From positions 1,629 to 65,628 of the forward strand of contig JAKACD010000002.1 in NCBI GenBank assembly GCA_021821785.1: a stretch of 64,000 nt of DNA. The letters run 5' to 3'. Under the pieces are notes generated by a model that was not told the origin of the DNA, made no database searches, and saw only the letters and a list, made by a program, of their open reading frames with translations. The first letter of the stretch is position 1. Each line of letters opens with the position of its first letter. Made by a program: the position numbers and the translations under genes. Shown here in pieces: positions 9,003 through 19,672 of the stretch. The DNA is from Thermoplasmata archaeon (GTDB taxonomy: Archaea > Thermoplasmatota > Thermoplasmata > Lutacidiplasmatales > UBA184).

Positions 9003-9854
9003 CTACCTTCGTCTAGGGCCCTCGCTATTTACCATCATCCCGCGCGGCCGCCAGCCGAGCCGCACCCGGGCGCCGACCCGAACGCGGAGCCGGTCGGCGG
9101 CGCGGCCCCGAGCGACCGTGAGCTCGACGAGGCCGAAGCTTGACCCCAGGACGCCGAGACGGCCGGTCCCGAGCGCCTCATAGCTCGCCGCGCGAGGGAG
9201 GGACCGTTCCCGCCCGCGCCCGAGGCGGACCGAGACCCGGGTCCCGCCTTCGGGGAGCCACCCGACGGGCACGTTCGTGATCACGTTCCCGAACCGATCG
9301 ATGTGCAGGATTGCTCCCTCGGCGCCCTCGCGAAGCGCCCGCGGCGCGGGCCACCGTAGAGGTTGAAGGCGGTGGGCCGGTCCTAGTCGGGAGATAGGCT
9401 CGCCCCGGGCGAGGCGGGCAGCGGCTGGCGCGAAGAGGTCCCGTCCGTCAAACGTGGTCCCGACCCGCCCCGGCCGCTCGATGCGAGCGGGGTCGAGACG
9501 GACGGCGCGCCGGATGCCCAGCGCCTCGGCGAGCGGGAAGAGCACCCCGTTGTCGGGTCCGACCAGGTACGAGCCGTCCCGGCACTCGACGGCGACCGGC
9601 GCGCGGGCTCCCCCGACGCCGGGATCGACGACCGCGAGGTGAACCGTGCCGGCGGGGAACTCCCGGGCCATCGACCAGAGGACGAACGCCGCCTCGGGGA
9701 CGGCGTGGGCCGTCAGCTCGTGCGTGAGGTCGATGAGCGCCTCGGGGGGGACGGTGCGCAAAAGGACCGCTTTCATCTGGGCCGCATACGCGGCCCCGAC
9801 ATCGCTGGTCAGCGTGACGAGGCGAAGACGCCGAGGGGCCGGCCGCCGGACCAC
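9003..9854 (-). CDS. SAM hydrolase / SAM-dependent halogenase family (DUF62)
   Basis: [48 protein letters not shown]. Confidence 0.9.
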   Translation of the reverse strand: MVRRPAPRRLRLVTLTSDVGAAYAAQMKAVLLRTVPPEALIDLTHELTAHAVPEAAFVLWSMAREFPAGTVHLAVVDPGVGGARAPVAVECRDGSYLVGPDNGVLFPLAEALGIRRAVRLDPARIERPGRVGTTFDGRDLFAPAAARLARGEPISRLGPAHRLQPLRWPAPRALREGAEGAILHIDRFGNVITNVPVGWLPEGGTRVSVRLGRGRERSLPRAASYEALGTGRLGVLGSSFGLVELTVARGRAADRLRVRVGARVRLGWRPRGMMVNSEGPRRR

Positions 9855-9879
9855 GGTCCGTGGGGAGGGGCCGGTCCGT

Positions 9880-10215
9880 TCAGGACTTCATGATCGCGAC
9901 CAGGAAGATCCCGACCGCGACAAGGGCGCCGATGACGGCCGCCACGATCACGAGGAACGACTGGAAGACGAGCGTGCCCAGGGTGACGCCGTCCTTCGAG
10001 CCGAAGTCGCCCGCCCCGTACAGGAAGGCGATCAATACGCCGACCACGAGGCCGACCACCAGGAGCGCGACGCCGATCGTGCGGCTCTTCCCGCTGCCGA
10101 AGTAGGCGGTGAAGATCCCCGCCAAGATGAGGAAGAGCGCGAACACCAAGAGGAGCACGACCAAGAAGGCGTTCCACTGCGTATAGTCCACCGAGGTACC
10201 GAGTAGCTCGAACAT
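9880..10215 (-). CDS. Small three-helix membrane protein, unknown function
   Basis: ATG with AGGAG upstream, directly after the Lrp-domain gene; three hydrophobic segments. Confidence 0.75.
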   Translation of the reverse strand: MFELLGTSVDYTQWNAFLVVLLLVFALFLILAGIFTAYFGSGKSRTIGVALLVVGLVVGVLIAFLYGAGDFGSKDGVTLGTLVFQSFLVIVAAVIGALVAVGIFLVAIMKS

Positions 10216-10225
10216 TCTCCTTCCT

Positions 10226-10459
10226 TCAGAACTTGATGCCGGTGAGCGTCTTCGTGTCGATCACACCCGACACGGAGCGGATCTTGTCGACCACGAGCTG
10301 GCCGAGGGCGTTGAAGTCCTCCGCTTCGACCTTCGCGATCAGGTCGTATTCGCCGAACAGCGGGTGGAGCTCGACGATCCCCTTCACCCGAAGGAGCTCG
10401 GTGTAGACCTCGTGCTCCTTCGCGGGAGCGGTGCTGATCAGGACGAAACCGATCGCCAA
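10226..10459 (-). CDS. Lrp/AsnC ligand-binding (RAM) domain protein
   Basis: MAIGFVLIST...ELHPLFGEYDLIAKVEA...IRSVSGVIDTKT; TTG start. Confidence 0.9.
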   Translation of the reverse strand: MAIGFVLISTAPAKEHEVYTELLRVKGIVELHPLFGEYDLIAKVEAEDFNALGQLVVDKIRSVSGVIDTKTLTGIKF

Positions 10460-10618
10460 CGCCGGAAACCCCTATCGACGCGCCGCGAGATGTGGCCGAC
10501 CTAATAAGCGTGTCGTGGAACGTTGCGCATCCTTCGGCGGTGCCCGGGTCGCGCGACCCCTGTCGCCAGTCGAAAGTACCTGCCTTAAGTAGGGACCCTC
10601 TCGAGCCGGGGTCGAGCG

Positions 10619-12028
10619 ATGGCGACCTCGTTGCGCACTTGGCCCGGGCGGCTGCTTGCGCGGCCCTGGTTGCTCGCCTTCGTTCCCATCAACGCCGCCA
10701 CGGCCGGGTTCGGCGTCGTGCTCCCGCTCCTGATCCTGATCCCGCTCCACGGAAGCTGGGCGAACGTCGCGCTCGCCGCGACCTTGTTCAATTCGGCGGT
10801 CATCCTGATGAGCGTCGTCTGGGGCCATCTCTCGGACCGGTACCCCCGGCGACGGCTGTTCCTGGTCATCAACTACGCCGGGTACGCGGTCCTCTACCTC
10901 TTGCTGACGCACGTCGGATCGGTGGAGACGCTCTACCTCATCTACACCGTGATCGGGGTGATCGCTCCCGCGGGCGCCAGCGCGTCGAACCTCCTGATCC
11001 TCGAGAAGTTCACGGAAGGCGAGCGGGCGAACGCCTTCGCCTCCTTCCAGGAGATGAGCATGATCGGCTCGATCGTGGGGCTGCTCGTCGGGTACTTCTG
11101 GACCCTCGCGAACGGGGAACTGACCGCGCTCCTGTACATCCTGGGGGCCCTCGCCCTCGTCAGCGCGATCGCGATCTGGTTCGGCATCCGGGAGGCGGAG
11201 CGGACACTCACCACGGCCCAGGTGGCCAAACACCCCGAGAGTCTCCTATCCCGGATCCGCACGATCACCGCCTACCGGATGGCGATCCCCTTCTTCCCGA
11301 AGCGGCCCAACCTGGGCCCGACGCCGCTGCGCCGGCTCCGGGTCTGGGCCCGCGAGGAACTCCATCACGAGCTCCCGCTGATCATCATCGCCTCGTTCCT
11401 GTTCAATTTCTCCGCGAACCTCTACAACATCTCCTACACCCCGTTCCTGTACTCGGCCGGGCTCACGGCCGCGTCGATCTTTCTCGTGAACCTCTCGAAC
11501 AACTTCGCCCAGACCCTCACGTTCCCGATGACGGGCGGGCTCTCGAACCGGGTCGGCCCGGACAAGCTCGTCCAGCGGGCGACCTACCTGCGGAGCATCG
11601 GGTACCTCGCGACCGCCGGGTTCACCTTCGTCATCTTCAGCGAGCCCTCGGCGTTCGCGGCGAACGTCGGCGTGTACGCGGTCCTGGGAGGCGCGATCGC
11701 CGTCTACACCACCGCGAGCTCCCTCATGCTCTTCCGCGGGCTCGCGGGGCGCGACGCGGGGAGCATCCTCGGCGTCAACAGTGCGCTCGGCGGGGTCGCG
11801 GCGGTCCTCGGCGCAGCCCTTTCGGGCGTGCTCTCGGTCTACGGCAGCTACCGCCTCGTCTTCCTCGTCGCCGGCGGGTCGCTCCTCGTTTCGCTCCCGC
11901 TCTGGACCGCCGGCTCGGTCGCGTACGCCCGGCGGCGGTTCTCCCGGCCCGCGCCGGTGGTCGCCCGAGCGGCGTCCGCCGCGCCGAGCCGAGGGGGCGA
12001 TTCTCCCGCCGCCGCAAAAACCCCATAA
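10619..12028 (+). CDS. MFS transporter
   Basis: WGHLSDRYPRRR loop motif; two six-helix halves. Confidence 0.88.
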   Translation: MATSLRTWPGRLLARPWLLAFVPINAATAGFGVVLPLLILIPLHGSWANVALAATLFNSAVILMSVVWGHLSDRYPRRRLFLVINYAGYAVLYLLLTHVGSVETLYLIYTVIGVIAPAGASASNLLILEKFTEGERANAFASFQEMSMIGSIVGLLVGYFWTLANGELTALLYILGALALVSAIAIWFGIREAERTLTTAQVAKHPESLLSRIRTITAYRMAIPFFPKRPNLGPTPLRRLRVWAREELHHELPLIIIASFLFNFSANLYNISYTPFLYSAGLTAASIFLVNLSNNFAQTLTFPMTGGLSNRVGPDKLVQRATYLRSIGYLATAGFTFVIFSEPSAFAANVGVYAVLGGAIAVYTTASSLMLFRGLAGRDAGSILGVNSALGGVAAVLGAALSGVLSVYGSYRLVFLVAGGSLLVSLPLWTAGSVAYARRRFSRPAPVVARAASAAPSRGGDSPAAAKTP

Positions 12029-12064
12029 CCTCCGACCCGCTGGCCGCGTCCACAGGGGCTACTT

Positions 12065-13195
12065 ATGGTGGAAATCGCAGAGGTTCAGCGGGGACTCGAG
12101 GACGTGGTCGCCCTCGAATCGCGGATCTGTTTTATCGACGGAAAGCAGGGGCGGCTCATCTACCAGGGGTACGACATCCGTGACCTGGCCGCGCGCTCCA
12201 CCTTCGAGGAGGTCGCCTACCTGCTCTGGTACGGCCGCCTCCCGACCGCGAGTCAGCTCACGGACCTCAAGACCCGCTTCGGGGCGCTCCGCTCCCTGCC
12301 CCACCAGGTCTGCCAGCAGCTCGACCAGCTCCCGGCCGAGGCCAGCCCGATGGATGTCCTGCGGACCACGGTGAGCGCCCTCGCGCTCTACGAGCCGGAC
12401 GAGACCCGCCCCGGGGCGAGCTCGATCGGTGGGGCGCAGCGGTTGACCGCCGTTCTCCCGACGATCCTCGGGGAGTTCCACCGCCGCCGCCGGGGTCTCC
12501 CGGCGCTGACCCCGCGCCCCGAGCTTTCGCAGGCGGCCTACCTGCTCTACGCGATCCTGAACCGGGAGCCGACCGAGCTCGAGGCAAAGGCGATGGACGT
12601 GGCGCTGATCCTCCACGCCGACCACGAGCTCAACGCCTCGACGTTCGCGGCCCGCGTGACCGCCTCCACCCTGAGCGACCTCTACAGCGCGGTGACGAGC
12701 GCGATCGGTACCTTGAAGGGCCCCCTCCATGGCGGAGCCAACGAGCGCGTGATGCAGCTCCTCGATGAGATCGGGTCGGTCGGCCGGGTCGAGGAGATCG
12801 TGCACGGGAAGCTCGTGCGCCACGAGCGCGTGATGGGCTTCGGGCACCGGGTCTACAAGGTCGAGGACCCCCGGGCGACGATCCTGCGGGACTGGTCGCG
12901 CCGGATCGGGGAGGCGGCGGGGAACCTCCACTATTACGAACTGCTCCGCAAGGTCGAGGAGGTCGTCCACCGCGAGAAGGGGCTCTATCCGAACGTCGAC
13001 CTCTATTCCGGGTCGGTCTACTCGCTCTTCGGGATCCCGCCCGACCTCTTCACGCCGATCTTCGCGTCGAGCCGGGTCGCCGGCTGGACCGCGCACGTGC
13101 TCGAGGAGTACCAGGACCTCCGCCTCATCCGTCCCACGGCGAAGTACGTCGGGCAGGTCGATCTGCCGTACGTGCCGGTCGCCCAGCGCAGCTAG
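12065..13195 (+). CDS. gltA: Citrate synthase / 2-methylcitrate synthase
   Basis: LHADHELNASTFAAR, GPLHGGAN, MGFGHRVYK, YPNVDLYSG, SRVAGWTAH. Confidence 0.95.
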   Translation: MVEIAEVQRGLEDVVALESRICFIDGKQGRLIYQGYDIRDLAARSTFEEVAYLLWYGRLPTASQLTDLKTRFGALRSLPHQVCQQLDQLPAEASPMDVLRTTVSALALYEPDETRPGASSIGGAQRLTAVLPTILGEFHRRRRGLPALTPRPELSQAAYLLYAILNREPTELEAKAMDVALILHADHELNASTFAARVTASTLSDLYSAVTSAIGTLKGPLHGGANERVMQLLDEIGSVGRVEEIVHGKLVRHERVMGFGHRVYKVEDPRATILRDWSRRIGEAAGNLHYYELLRKVEEVVHREKGLYPNVDLYSGSVYSLFGIPPDLFTPIFASSRVAGWTAHVLEEYQDLRLIRPTAKYVGQVDLPYVPVAQRS

Positions 13196-13635
13196 GCGCG
13201 CTCGGCTCGGGGCCCGCGCGCCCGCGAGGCCCGTGGGGCCGCGCGCCGGGCGCGCCTCGGCGCGCCGGCGTGGACCACGCTCATCAGCGGGTAGCGCAGG
13301 TCGGGGCGGTGCGCCAGCTTCGCCTCGACCTCGAGCGGACCGTCCACGAGCCGCACGTGGACCTCGAGCATCTCGGCGGTCAAGTAGTGGTAGGCGAACT
13401 TCCCCTCCCCGACCGGCCCCCCGCGTTCGGGGCGGATCCCGACCCGCGCTTCCCGGACGAACGGTTGGAGGCCGAGCGCCAGTTCGATCGCCCGGGCGAG
13501 CGGTCCGGCGGTCCGGGGGGAGACCGGCGTCCCGAGGTACTGGTGGAAGACCCCGCCGAGCTTGATCCCAGCTTCGAACAGGAGCGCTTCGCGCGGAGTG
13601 AGGCGGGCGCGGTGGATCCGACGGTTCGCGGTCAT
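13192..13635 (-). CDS. mptD: Archaeal dihydroneopterin aldolase MptD family (DUF381)
   Basis: C-terminal part of ORF 13192..14430: LLFEAGIKLGGVFHQYLGTPVS...QPFV...YPLM; ATG at 13635 overlaps the pssA stop (ATGA). Confidence 0.85.
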   Translation of the reverse strand: MTANRRIHRARLTPREALLFEAGIKLGGVFHQYLGTPVSPRTAGPLARAIELALGLQPFVREARVGIRPERGGPVGEGKFAYHYLTAEMLEVHVRLVDGPLEVEAKLAHRPDLRYPLMSVVHAGAPRRARRAAPRASRARGPRAERA

Positions 13636-14396
13636 CCGGGCGGCGGGGCCGTCCCCGCGGGACGGTCCCGTCGAACCGTGAACGGTCCGACCACATAGTA
13701 GCTCGCCACGCCAAGGAGGAAGGCGAACGCCGCCCCCTCGGCGAAGAGGTAGAGCGGACTGCCGGGCGGGGGACGGAACTGGAGGGGAACGAGGGCGAGC
13801 GCGGCGGCCACGGCGGTGAGCGCCATAGGCAGGCGGAGCGCGTTGCCCCGCTTGAGCTTCGGGTACGGGACGGGGACCACCATCATCACGGCGAGCGCGG
13901 TCGCGCCGACGAACAGGCCGATCGGGGCCACGCCCTCGAGCGCGGGAGTGTCGTGGAACAGGAGGGCCACGACGAGCGCGAGGGCGCTCTGGGGCGTCGG
14001 GACCCCGACGAAGTACGGGTGCTGGAAGGCGCGGGCGGTGAAGTAGGTGAGCCGGGCGATCGCCGCCGCGAAGAAGACCGCCGCGACCGCGAGGGCGATC
14101 GGGGCCCACGGGGCCCAGATGTCCACATTCCCGGTGTGGACCGCGATCATCACGGCGGGGGCGAGGCCGAACGTCACCGCATCCGCGACCGAGTCGGCCA
14201 CGCGGCCGAACCGGCTCGGTCCGGCGGCGCTGCGGCGCGAGAAGATCCCGTCGAGGCCGTCGAAGCCGATCGCCACGGCGACGAGCAGCATCCCCCAGAG
14301 CTTGTTCCCGGCGAGGGTGTAGAGGATGGCGCCGACCCCGAGGAGGCCGTTCGCGAGCGTCGCGAGGTTCGCGTAGACGCGGAAGCGATCGATCAC
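13632..14396 (-). CDS. pssA: CDP-alcohol phosphatidyltransferase, (archaetidyl/phosphatidyl)serine synthase
   Basis: Motif DGLDGIFSRR...FGRVADSVADAVTFG; adjacent to psd. Confidence 0.88.
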   Translation of the reverse strand: MIDRFRVYANLATLANGLLGVGAILYTLAGNKLWGMLLVAVAIGFDGLDGIFSRRSAAGPSRFGRVADSVADAVTFGLAPAVMIAVHTGNVDIWAPWAPIALAVAAVFFAAAIARLTYFTARAFQHPYFVGVPTPQSALALVVALLFHDTPALEGVAPIGLFVGATALAVMMVVPVPYPKLKRGNALRLPMALTAVAAALALVPLQFRPPPGSPLYLFAEGAAFAFLLGVASYYVVGPFTVRRDRPAGTAPPPG

Positions 14397-15019
14397 GATC
14401 GCTCCCGGGCGATCGCCGTCGTACCGGCATGGACCGGAGCCCCGACCTTCACGACCGCCTCGGTCCGGTCCGCGGGAAGCCGCACGTCGACCCGCGAGCC
14501 GAGCACGATCATGCCGAGCCGCGCGCCCTTCTCCCGCCGGTCGCCCGGGGCGACGAACGCCACCAGCCGTCGGGCCAGGATACCGGTCATCTGGACGACC
14601 TCCACTTCTCCGATCGCCGTGTCGAGCCGATACGCTCGCTGCACGTTATGGTGCGCATCGGCGCGGTACGCGGGACGGTGGCCGGCACCCGAGGTCGACA
14701 CCTCGCGCACCGTCGCGGCGAGCGGGAAGCGGTTGACATGGACGTTGGTGACGTTCATGAACACCGAGATCACGAGGCGGTCCCCTTCGACCTCGACCGC
14801 GCGCACTCGCCCGTCCGCGGACGAAACGATGTCGGGCCCGGGGGTTCGATCCGGGTCTCGAAAGAACCAGGCGAAGAACCCCACGAGCGCCGCCAATCCC
14901 ACGGCGAAGAGGAGCGGGACCCCGAGCGGAGTCCAGATGCCCAAGGCCCCGAGAAGGGCGACCCCGACCGCGCCGACGGCGACCGGACCGAGGAAGCGGC
15001 CCGCCCCCGGGGCGAACAC
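14393..15019 (-). CDS. psd: (Archaetidyl/phosphatidyl)serine decarboxylase proenzyme
   Basis: FFRDPDR, SSADGRV, SVFMNVTNVHVNRFP, self-cleavage motif LGSRVDV. Confidence 0.92.
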   Translation of the reverse strand: MFAPGAGRFLGPVAVGAVGVALLGALGIWTPLGVPLLFAVGLAALVGFFAWFFRDPDRTPGPDIVSSADGRVRAVEVEGDRLVISVFMNVTNVHVNRFPLAATVREVSTSGAGHRPAYRADAHHNVQRAYRLDTAIGEVEVVQMTGILARRLVAFVAPGDRREKGARLGMIVLGSRVDVRLPADRTEAVVKVGAPVHAGTTAIARERS

Positions 15020-15023
15020 GCGC

Positions 15024-15335
15024 CTAGCCGGTGAGGACGATCTCGATGTTGACGCCGTCCGGGACCTGGATCCGCATCACCTGGCGGAGGGCCCGTTCGT
15101 CGGCGTCGATATCGATCAGGCGCTTGTGAATCCGCATCTCCCAGTGGTCGATCGTGCTCGTCCCGCCGCCGTCGGGTCCCTTGCGGACCGGGACCTTGAG
15201 CTTCTTGGTCGGGAGCGGGATGGGGCCGGCGATCGCGACCCCGGTCTTCGAGGAGATGTCTCGGATCTGCTTGCAGATCGAGTCGACCTTCTGCGAGTCC
15301 GTGCCGGTGAGGGAGATGCGGGCCTTCTGAACCAT
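15024..15335 (-). CDS. rps10: 30S ribosomal protein S10
   Basis: ARISLTGTD...[10 protein letters not shown]...[12 protein letters not shown]. Confidence 0.97.
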   Translation of the reverse strand: MVQKARISLTGTDSQKVDSICKQIRDISSKTGVAIAGPIPLPTKKLKVPVRKGPDGGGTSTIDHWEMRIHKRLIDIDADERALRQVMRIQVPDGVNIEIVLTG

Positions 15336-15387
15336 CGATAGCCCCTCCCCGTTTCCTGGTCTCCGACCCCGATCCCTCTCGGCGGGT

Positions 15388-16665
15388 CTACTCGCGCTTC
15401 TTGACCTCGACGACGACGCCCGCCGCCACGGTCTGGCCCATATCCCGGACGGCGAACCGTCCGAGCTGGGGGAACTCTTTGTACTTCTCGATGACGAGCG
15501 GCCGCTTCGGCGTGATCTTCACGACCGCCGCGTCCCCGGTCTTCAAGGTCTGGGGGTTCTCCTCCGCGACCTGGCCCGTCTTCGGGTCGAGGCGCTTCAG
15601 GAGCTCGGTGAACTCGCAGGCGACCTGAGCGGTGTGGCAGTGGAAGACCGGCGTATAGCCGACCGTGATCACGCTCGGGTGGTTCAGGACCTGGATGTTC
15701 GCCGTGAAGCTCTCCACGACCGTCGGCGGGTTCGACACCGGGCCCGCGACATCGCCGCGACGAATGTCGTTCTTGTCGATGCCGCGCACGTTGAAGCCTA
15801 TGTTGTCGCCCGGGATCGCTTCCTGGACGGACTCGTGGTGCATCTCGATCGACTTCACTTCGCCCGACTTCCCGCTGGGGAGGAAGATGATCTTGTCGCC
15901 GATCTTGACCTTCCCGGTCTCGACACGGCCCACCGGCACCGTACCGATCCCGGTGATGGTATAGACATCCTGGACCGGGAGACGGAGCGGCTTGTCGGTC
16001 GGCTTCTCGGGGACCTTGAGGTTGTCGAGCGCCTGGAGAAGGTTCGGGCCCTTGAACCAGGACATGTTCGGGCTCGCCTTGTTGATGTTGTCGTCCTTGA
16101 ACGCCGAGATCGGGACGAAGACGACCTGCTGGTCGACCTTGAACCCGACGTTCTTCAGGAGCTTCGTCAGCTCCTCCTTGACCTCGTTGTACTTGGCCTC
16201 GGAGTAGTTGACCTCCTGCCGGTCCATCTTGTTGATCGCGCAGATCAGCTGCGTGACCCCGAGCGTCCGGGAGAGGAAGATGTGCTCCCGGGTCTGCTCC
16301 TGGACCCCTTCGGCGGCCGAGCAGACGAGCACGGCCGCGTCGGCCTGGCTCGTCCCCGTGATCATGTTCTTGACGAAGTCACGGTGGCCGGGCGCGTCGA
16401 TGATGGTGAAGTAGTACTTCTGAGTGTCAAAGCGGCGGTGCGCGATGTCGATCGTGACCCCGCGCTCCCGCTCCTCCTTGAGGTCGTCCATGACCCAGGC
16501 GAACTCGAAAGTCGCCTTGCCCTTCGCTTCGGCCTCGGCCCGGAACTTGTCGATCTCCTCCTGGCGGATGTAGCCCGTATCGAGCAGCAGGCGACCGACC
16601 GTGGTCGACTTTCCGTGGTCTACGTGGCCGATGAAGACGATATTGAGGTGGGGCTTCTGTGCCAT
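15388..16665 (-). CDS. tuf: Translation elongation factor aEF-1alpha
   Basis: [48 protein letters not shown]. Confidence 0.98.
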   Translation of the reverse strand: MAQKPHLNIVFIGHVDHGKSTTVGRLLLDTGYIRQEEIDKFRAEAEAKGKATFEFAWVMDDLKEERERGVTIDIAHRRFDTQKYYFTIIDAPGHRDFVKNMITGTSQADAAVLVCSAAEGVQEQTREHIFLSRTLGVTQLICAINKMDRQEVNYSEAKYNEVKEELTKLLKNVGFKVDQQVVFVPISAFKDDNINKASPNMSWFKGPNLLQALDNLKVPEKPTDKPLRLPVQDVYTITGIGTVPVGRVETGKVKIGDKIIFLPSGKSGEVKSIEMHHESVQEAIPGDNIGFNVRGIDKNDIRRGDVAGPVSNPPTVVESFTANIQVLNHPSVITVGYTPVFHCHTAQVACEFTELLKRLDPKTGQVAEENPQTLKTGDAAVVKITPKRPLVIEKYKEFPQLGRFAVRDMGQTVAAGVVVEVKKRE

Positions 16666-16700
16666 GTACCTTGGACTCCGGGCGCGGCCAAAAGGTACCC

Positions 16701-16708
16701 CTATATAG
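16701..16708 (-). promoter_or_regulatory. TATA box for tuf
   Basis: CTATATAG about 37 nt upstream of the tuf ATG. Confidence 0.6.
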
Positions 16709-16771
16709 GCGTTGTCTCGATGAAACTCCGAGACCGGGCCCCAACCTCCCTCGACCGATCCGCGCCGGGCG

Positions 16772-17170
16772 TCACTCTGACGGCATGAGGGTGTGCTCGT
16801 TGCCGTCCGGGTCCCGGATCATGGCGAAGGTCCCCCAGGACTCCGTGCGGGGCTCGACGGAGAACTCGACCCCGCGGCCCTTCAGCGCGGCGCACGCCGC
16901 GGAGAAATCCTTTCCCGGGAGGGTCAGAAGGATGCCCGAGTTCCCGGGCTCCAGGGCCTGCTTCGGGTCGTAGTCTGACGGACGGCACAGGTGGAGCTTC
17001 CCGCCCGCGCCCTTCCGGCCGACGGTGACCCAGTGATCCCTCTCGTCAATGACCTCGAGGCCCAGCTTCTCGGTGTACCACGCCTTCGCGCGTTCCCGAT
17101 CGGAGACGAGGACGGCGACGCTCGCGACGGTCGGCTTGCCGGCAGCGGGTTTGGATGCGTTGGATGCCAT
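16772..17170 (-). CDS. VOC (glyoxalase/bleomycin resistance) family protein
   Basis: [21 protein letters not shown]...RGVEF...[14 protein letters not shown]; ATG at 17170. Confidence 0.88.
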   Translation of the reverse strand: MASNASKPAAGKPTVASVAVLVSDRERAKAWYTEKLGLEVIDERDHWVTVGRKGAGGKLHLCRPSDYDPKQALEPGNSGILLTLPGKDFSAACAALKGRGVEFSVEPRTESWGTFAMIRDPDGNEHTLMPSE

Positions 17171-17309
17171 GGCGGATCCCTCGGCAAGGCGAGGTCGCGA
17201 ACGCCCATACGGTCGTCGCGAAGGGGCCGCGGAACGGCTCCGCAGGCGGCGTTCCGCGCGAAACGGATTTAGGGGGTGACCCCGTCGGGCGGTCCGCTCA
17301 AAACCGCTC

Positions 17310-17804
17310 ATGAGTCCTCCCGTGCCCCTCGCACCTGTCCCGATCTCCGCGAGCCGCGCGTCGGTCGTGCGGCTCATGGTGCCCACCGACGCGAACTTCG
17401 TGGGGAACGTTTTCGGGGGCCAGATCCTGAGCGAGGTCGACCGGGTCGCCTACATCACCGCGACCCGCCACGCGCGGTCGAACTGCGTCACCGCCTCCTT
17501 CGACCGGGTCGACTTCATCCAGCCGGTCCACGTGGGCGAGGTGGTCGACTTCGACGCGCAGCTCACGTACGTCGGCCACACCTCGATGGAGATCTGGGTC
17601 ACGGTCCGCTCCGAGGCGCTCGCGGGCGGGGAGCCGCGCCTGGTGGGGGAGGCGTTCGTCACGATGGTCGCCGTCGATCCGGCCGGGCGCCCTGTACCCG
17701 TGCCGCCCCTCGCGCTCGAGACGGCCGAGGAGCGGCAGCGGTTCGCCGAGGGCCAGCACCGGATGGAGCAGCGCCAGAAGACCCGGCAACGGGCGAACCG
17801 GTAG
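17310..17804 (+). CDS. Acyl-CoA thioesterase (hotdog fold)
   Basis: DANFVGNVFGGQILSEVD, VTASFDRVDF, VGHTSMEI, FVTMVAVD. Confidence 0.92.
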   Translation: MSPPVPLAPVPISASRASVVRLMVPTDANFVGNVFGGQILSEVDRVAYITATRHARSNCVTASFDRVDFIQPVHVGEVVDFDAQLTYVGHTSMEIWVTVRSEALAGGEPRLVGEAFVTMVAVDPAGRPVPVPPLALETAEERQRFAEGQHRMEQRQKTRQRANR

Positions 17805-17815
17805 GAGGGACCACG

Positions 17816-18271
17816 ATGCTCTGCGAAATGTGCGGGAAGGAGACGGAGACGACCGCCCGGGTGCGGCTCGAACGCAGTATCCTCCATCTGTGCGAGGACT
17901 GCGCGCGGTTCGGCGAGCGCCTCGACCCTCCCCCGCCGCCGGTCGTCCCGGCCGCCCCGGGGGCCCGCCCCCGGCCGCTCGCTCCCCTTCCGCGAGCGCC
18001 GCTCGGCGCGCGCCGCCTCGAAGAGCGCGACCTCTACCGGGAGATCGGTGAGCTCGAGCTCGCGTCCGACTGGGGAAAGCGGGTCCGTGCGGCCCGGGAG
18101 GCACGGGCCTGGACGCCCGAGGACCTTGGGAAGAAGCTGAACGAGAAGAAGTCGGTCGTCCTCAAGATCGAGTCCGGCAACTTCCACCCGCCGGATGCGC
18201 TCGTGCGGAAGCTCGAGCGGCTCCTTCAGGTTCGGCTGCGCGCCGACCCCGGGACTACCGCTCCCGCCTGA
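17816..18271 (+). CDS. mbf1: Archaeal multiprotein bridging factor aMBF1
   Basis: MLCEMCGKE...LCEDCARFG Zn ribbon plus HTH (LGKKLNEKKSVVLKIESG...PPDALVRKLERLL); tail of ORF 17276..18271. Confidence 0.9.
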   Translation: MLCEMCGKETETTARVRLERSILHLCEDCARFGERLDPPPPPVVPAAPGARPRPLAPLPRAPLGARRLEERDLYREIGELELASDWGKRVRAAREARAWTPEDLGKKLNEKKSVVLKIESGNFHPPDALVRKLERLLQVRLRADPGTTAPA

Positions 18272-18285
18272 GCCGACGGGGCGGC

Positions 18286-18675
18286 TTACGCCTCGTCCGG
18301 GGCCGCATCCACCGACTCCGCTTCGGGTGGCCGGTCCGGGGGCGCGCCGGGGCGATGGTGAGGGGACCGTCGCGAAGGCTGGCCCATCGGCTGTTCCAGA
18401 CCGAAGCGAGGAACGAGCTCCGCGCGGGTGAAGCCCTCTAGGTAGGTGCCATCCCGATAGCGTCGGAGGTCGGCCGTGTACGATCCGACGACCGCGTTAC
18501 CCCAGGCCAGGGCCGCTAGGCCGGCGGCCCCGATCCCCACGACCGCGACGAGGCCGAGCCACGGCTCGGGCGCGAGCAGCGCCGCCAGGACGAGGAGGAC
18601 CACCGCTCCCCCGAGCGTCCCGAGGCCCCGCCATACGATGCGGTGCGTGCGGCGGTCGCGGTGCGAATAGGCCAT
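18286..18675 (-). CDS. Small two-helix membrane protein, unknown function
   Basis: ATG 29 nt after the argF stop; two hydrophobic segments. Confidence 0.6.
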   Translation of the reverse strand: MAYSHRDRRTHRIVWRGLGTLGGAVVLLVLAALLAPEPWLGLVAVVGIGAAGLAALAWGNAVVGSYTADLRRYRDGTYLEGFTRAELVPRFGLEQPMGQPSRRSPHHRPGAPPDRPPEAESVDAAPDEA

Positions 18676-18703
18676 CGGAAGGCGGCCCCGGCGCCCGGAA
18701 ACC

Positions 18704-19672
18704 CTATCGCCGTCGACGAGCCGGTGCGGTTCGTCTCAAGAGCAGCTCGAGGATCGCCTTCTGCGCGTGGAGACGGTTCTCGGCCTGGTCCCAGGCCGCC
18801 GAGCGCGGCCCGTCGAGCACGGCGTCGGTGATCTCCTGGCCCCGATGCGCCGGGAGGTCGTGGAGGACGAACGCCGTCGGGCGGGCGAGCGCGAGGAGCT
18901 CGTCGTTCACCTGGAACCCGGCGAACGCCGACTCGCGGACGGCCGCCTCCGCCTCGTCGCCCATCGAGACCCAGACATCGGTGTAGATCGCGTCGGCGTT
19001 TCGGACCGCGGTCCGCGGGTCCTGGACGATCGAGATCTGGGCTCCGCTCGCCCGGGCGAACGCGCGGGCCCGGTCGAGAACCTCCGGGTGGGGCTCGTAG
19101 CCGCGGGGCACCGCGGCGGTGAGATCGACTCCGACCGCCGCCGCCCCCAGGAGCAGGGAATGCAGCACGTTGTTCCCGTCCCCGACCCAGGCGACCCGGT
19201 GCCCTTTCCAGCGGCCCTTCCACCGCTCGTGCATCGTGAGGAGGTCGGCGACGATCTGGCAGGGGTGCTCGAGGTCGTCGAGCGCGTTCACGACCGGCAC
19301 GGTCGCCCAGCGCGCGAGCTCGACCATGTCGGTGTGCCGGTACGCCCGGTAACAGACGGCGTCGACGAACCGCGAGAGGACCCTCGCGGTATCGGCGATC
19401 GTCTCCCCTCGACCGAGCTGGAGGTCCTTCGAAGAAAGGTAGAGCGCGTGGCCCCCCAGGTCGTGCATCGCGACCTCGAAGGAGGTCCGCGTGCGCGTCG
19501 ACGGCTTTTCGAAGATCATCGCGAGCGTCCGGCCCTTGAGCGTCGGGCGTGGGAGGCCCCGGCGCCGCTCGGCCTTGAGACGGGTCGCCCGCGCCAGGAG
19601 GCTCGGGAGCTCTCCGGCGATATCGGCGATGGACAAGACGTCCCGTTTGGGAGGGGCAGCGGGCATCGTCAT
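18704..19672 (-). CDS. argF: Ornithine carbamoyltransferase
   Basis: FEKPSTRTRTSF, HPCQ, WVGDGNNV, TDVWVSMG, HDLP, DQAENRLHAQKA; ATG at 19672. Confidence 0.95.
   Translation of the reverse strand: MTMPAAPPKRDVLSIADIAGELPSLLARATRLKAERRRGLPRPTLKGRTLAMIFEKPSTRTRTSFEVAMHDLGGHALYLSSKDLQLGRGETIADTARVLSRFVDAVCYRAYRHTDMVELARWATVPVVNALDDLEHPCQIVADLLTMHERWKGRWKGHRVAWVGDGNNVLHSLLLGAAAVGVDLTAAVPRGYEPHPEVLDRARAFARASGAQISIVQDPRTAVRNADAIYTDVWVSMGDEAEAAVRESAFAGFQVNDELLALARPTAFVLHDLPAHRGQEITDAVLDGPRSAAWDQAENRLHAQKAILELLLRRTAPARRRR

Noticed and set aside
10462-18710. Shared motif CCGGAAACCC(C)TATCG at about 10462 and about 18695 as a regulator site
   Set aside because: The second copy contains the argF stop codon, and the two copies lie at different distances from the downstream starts.
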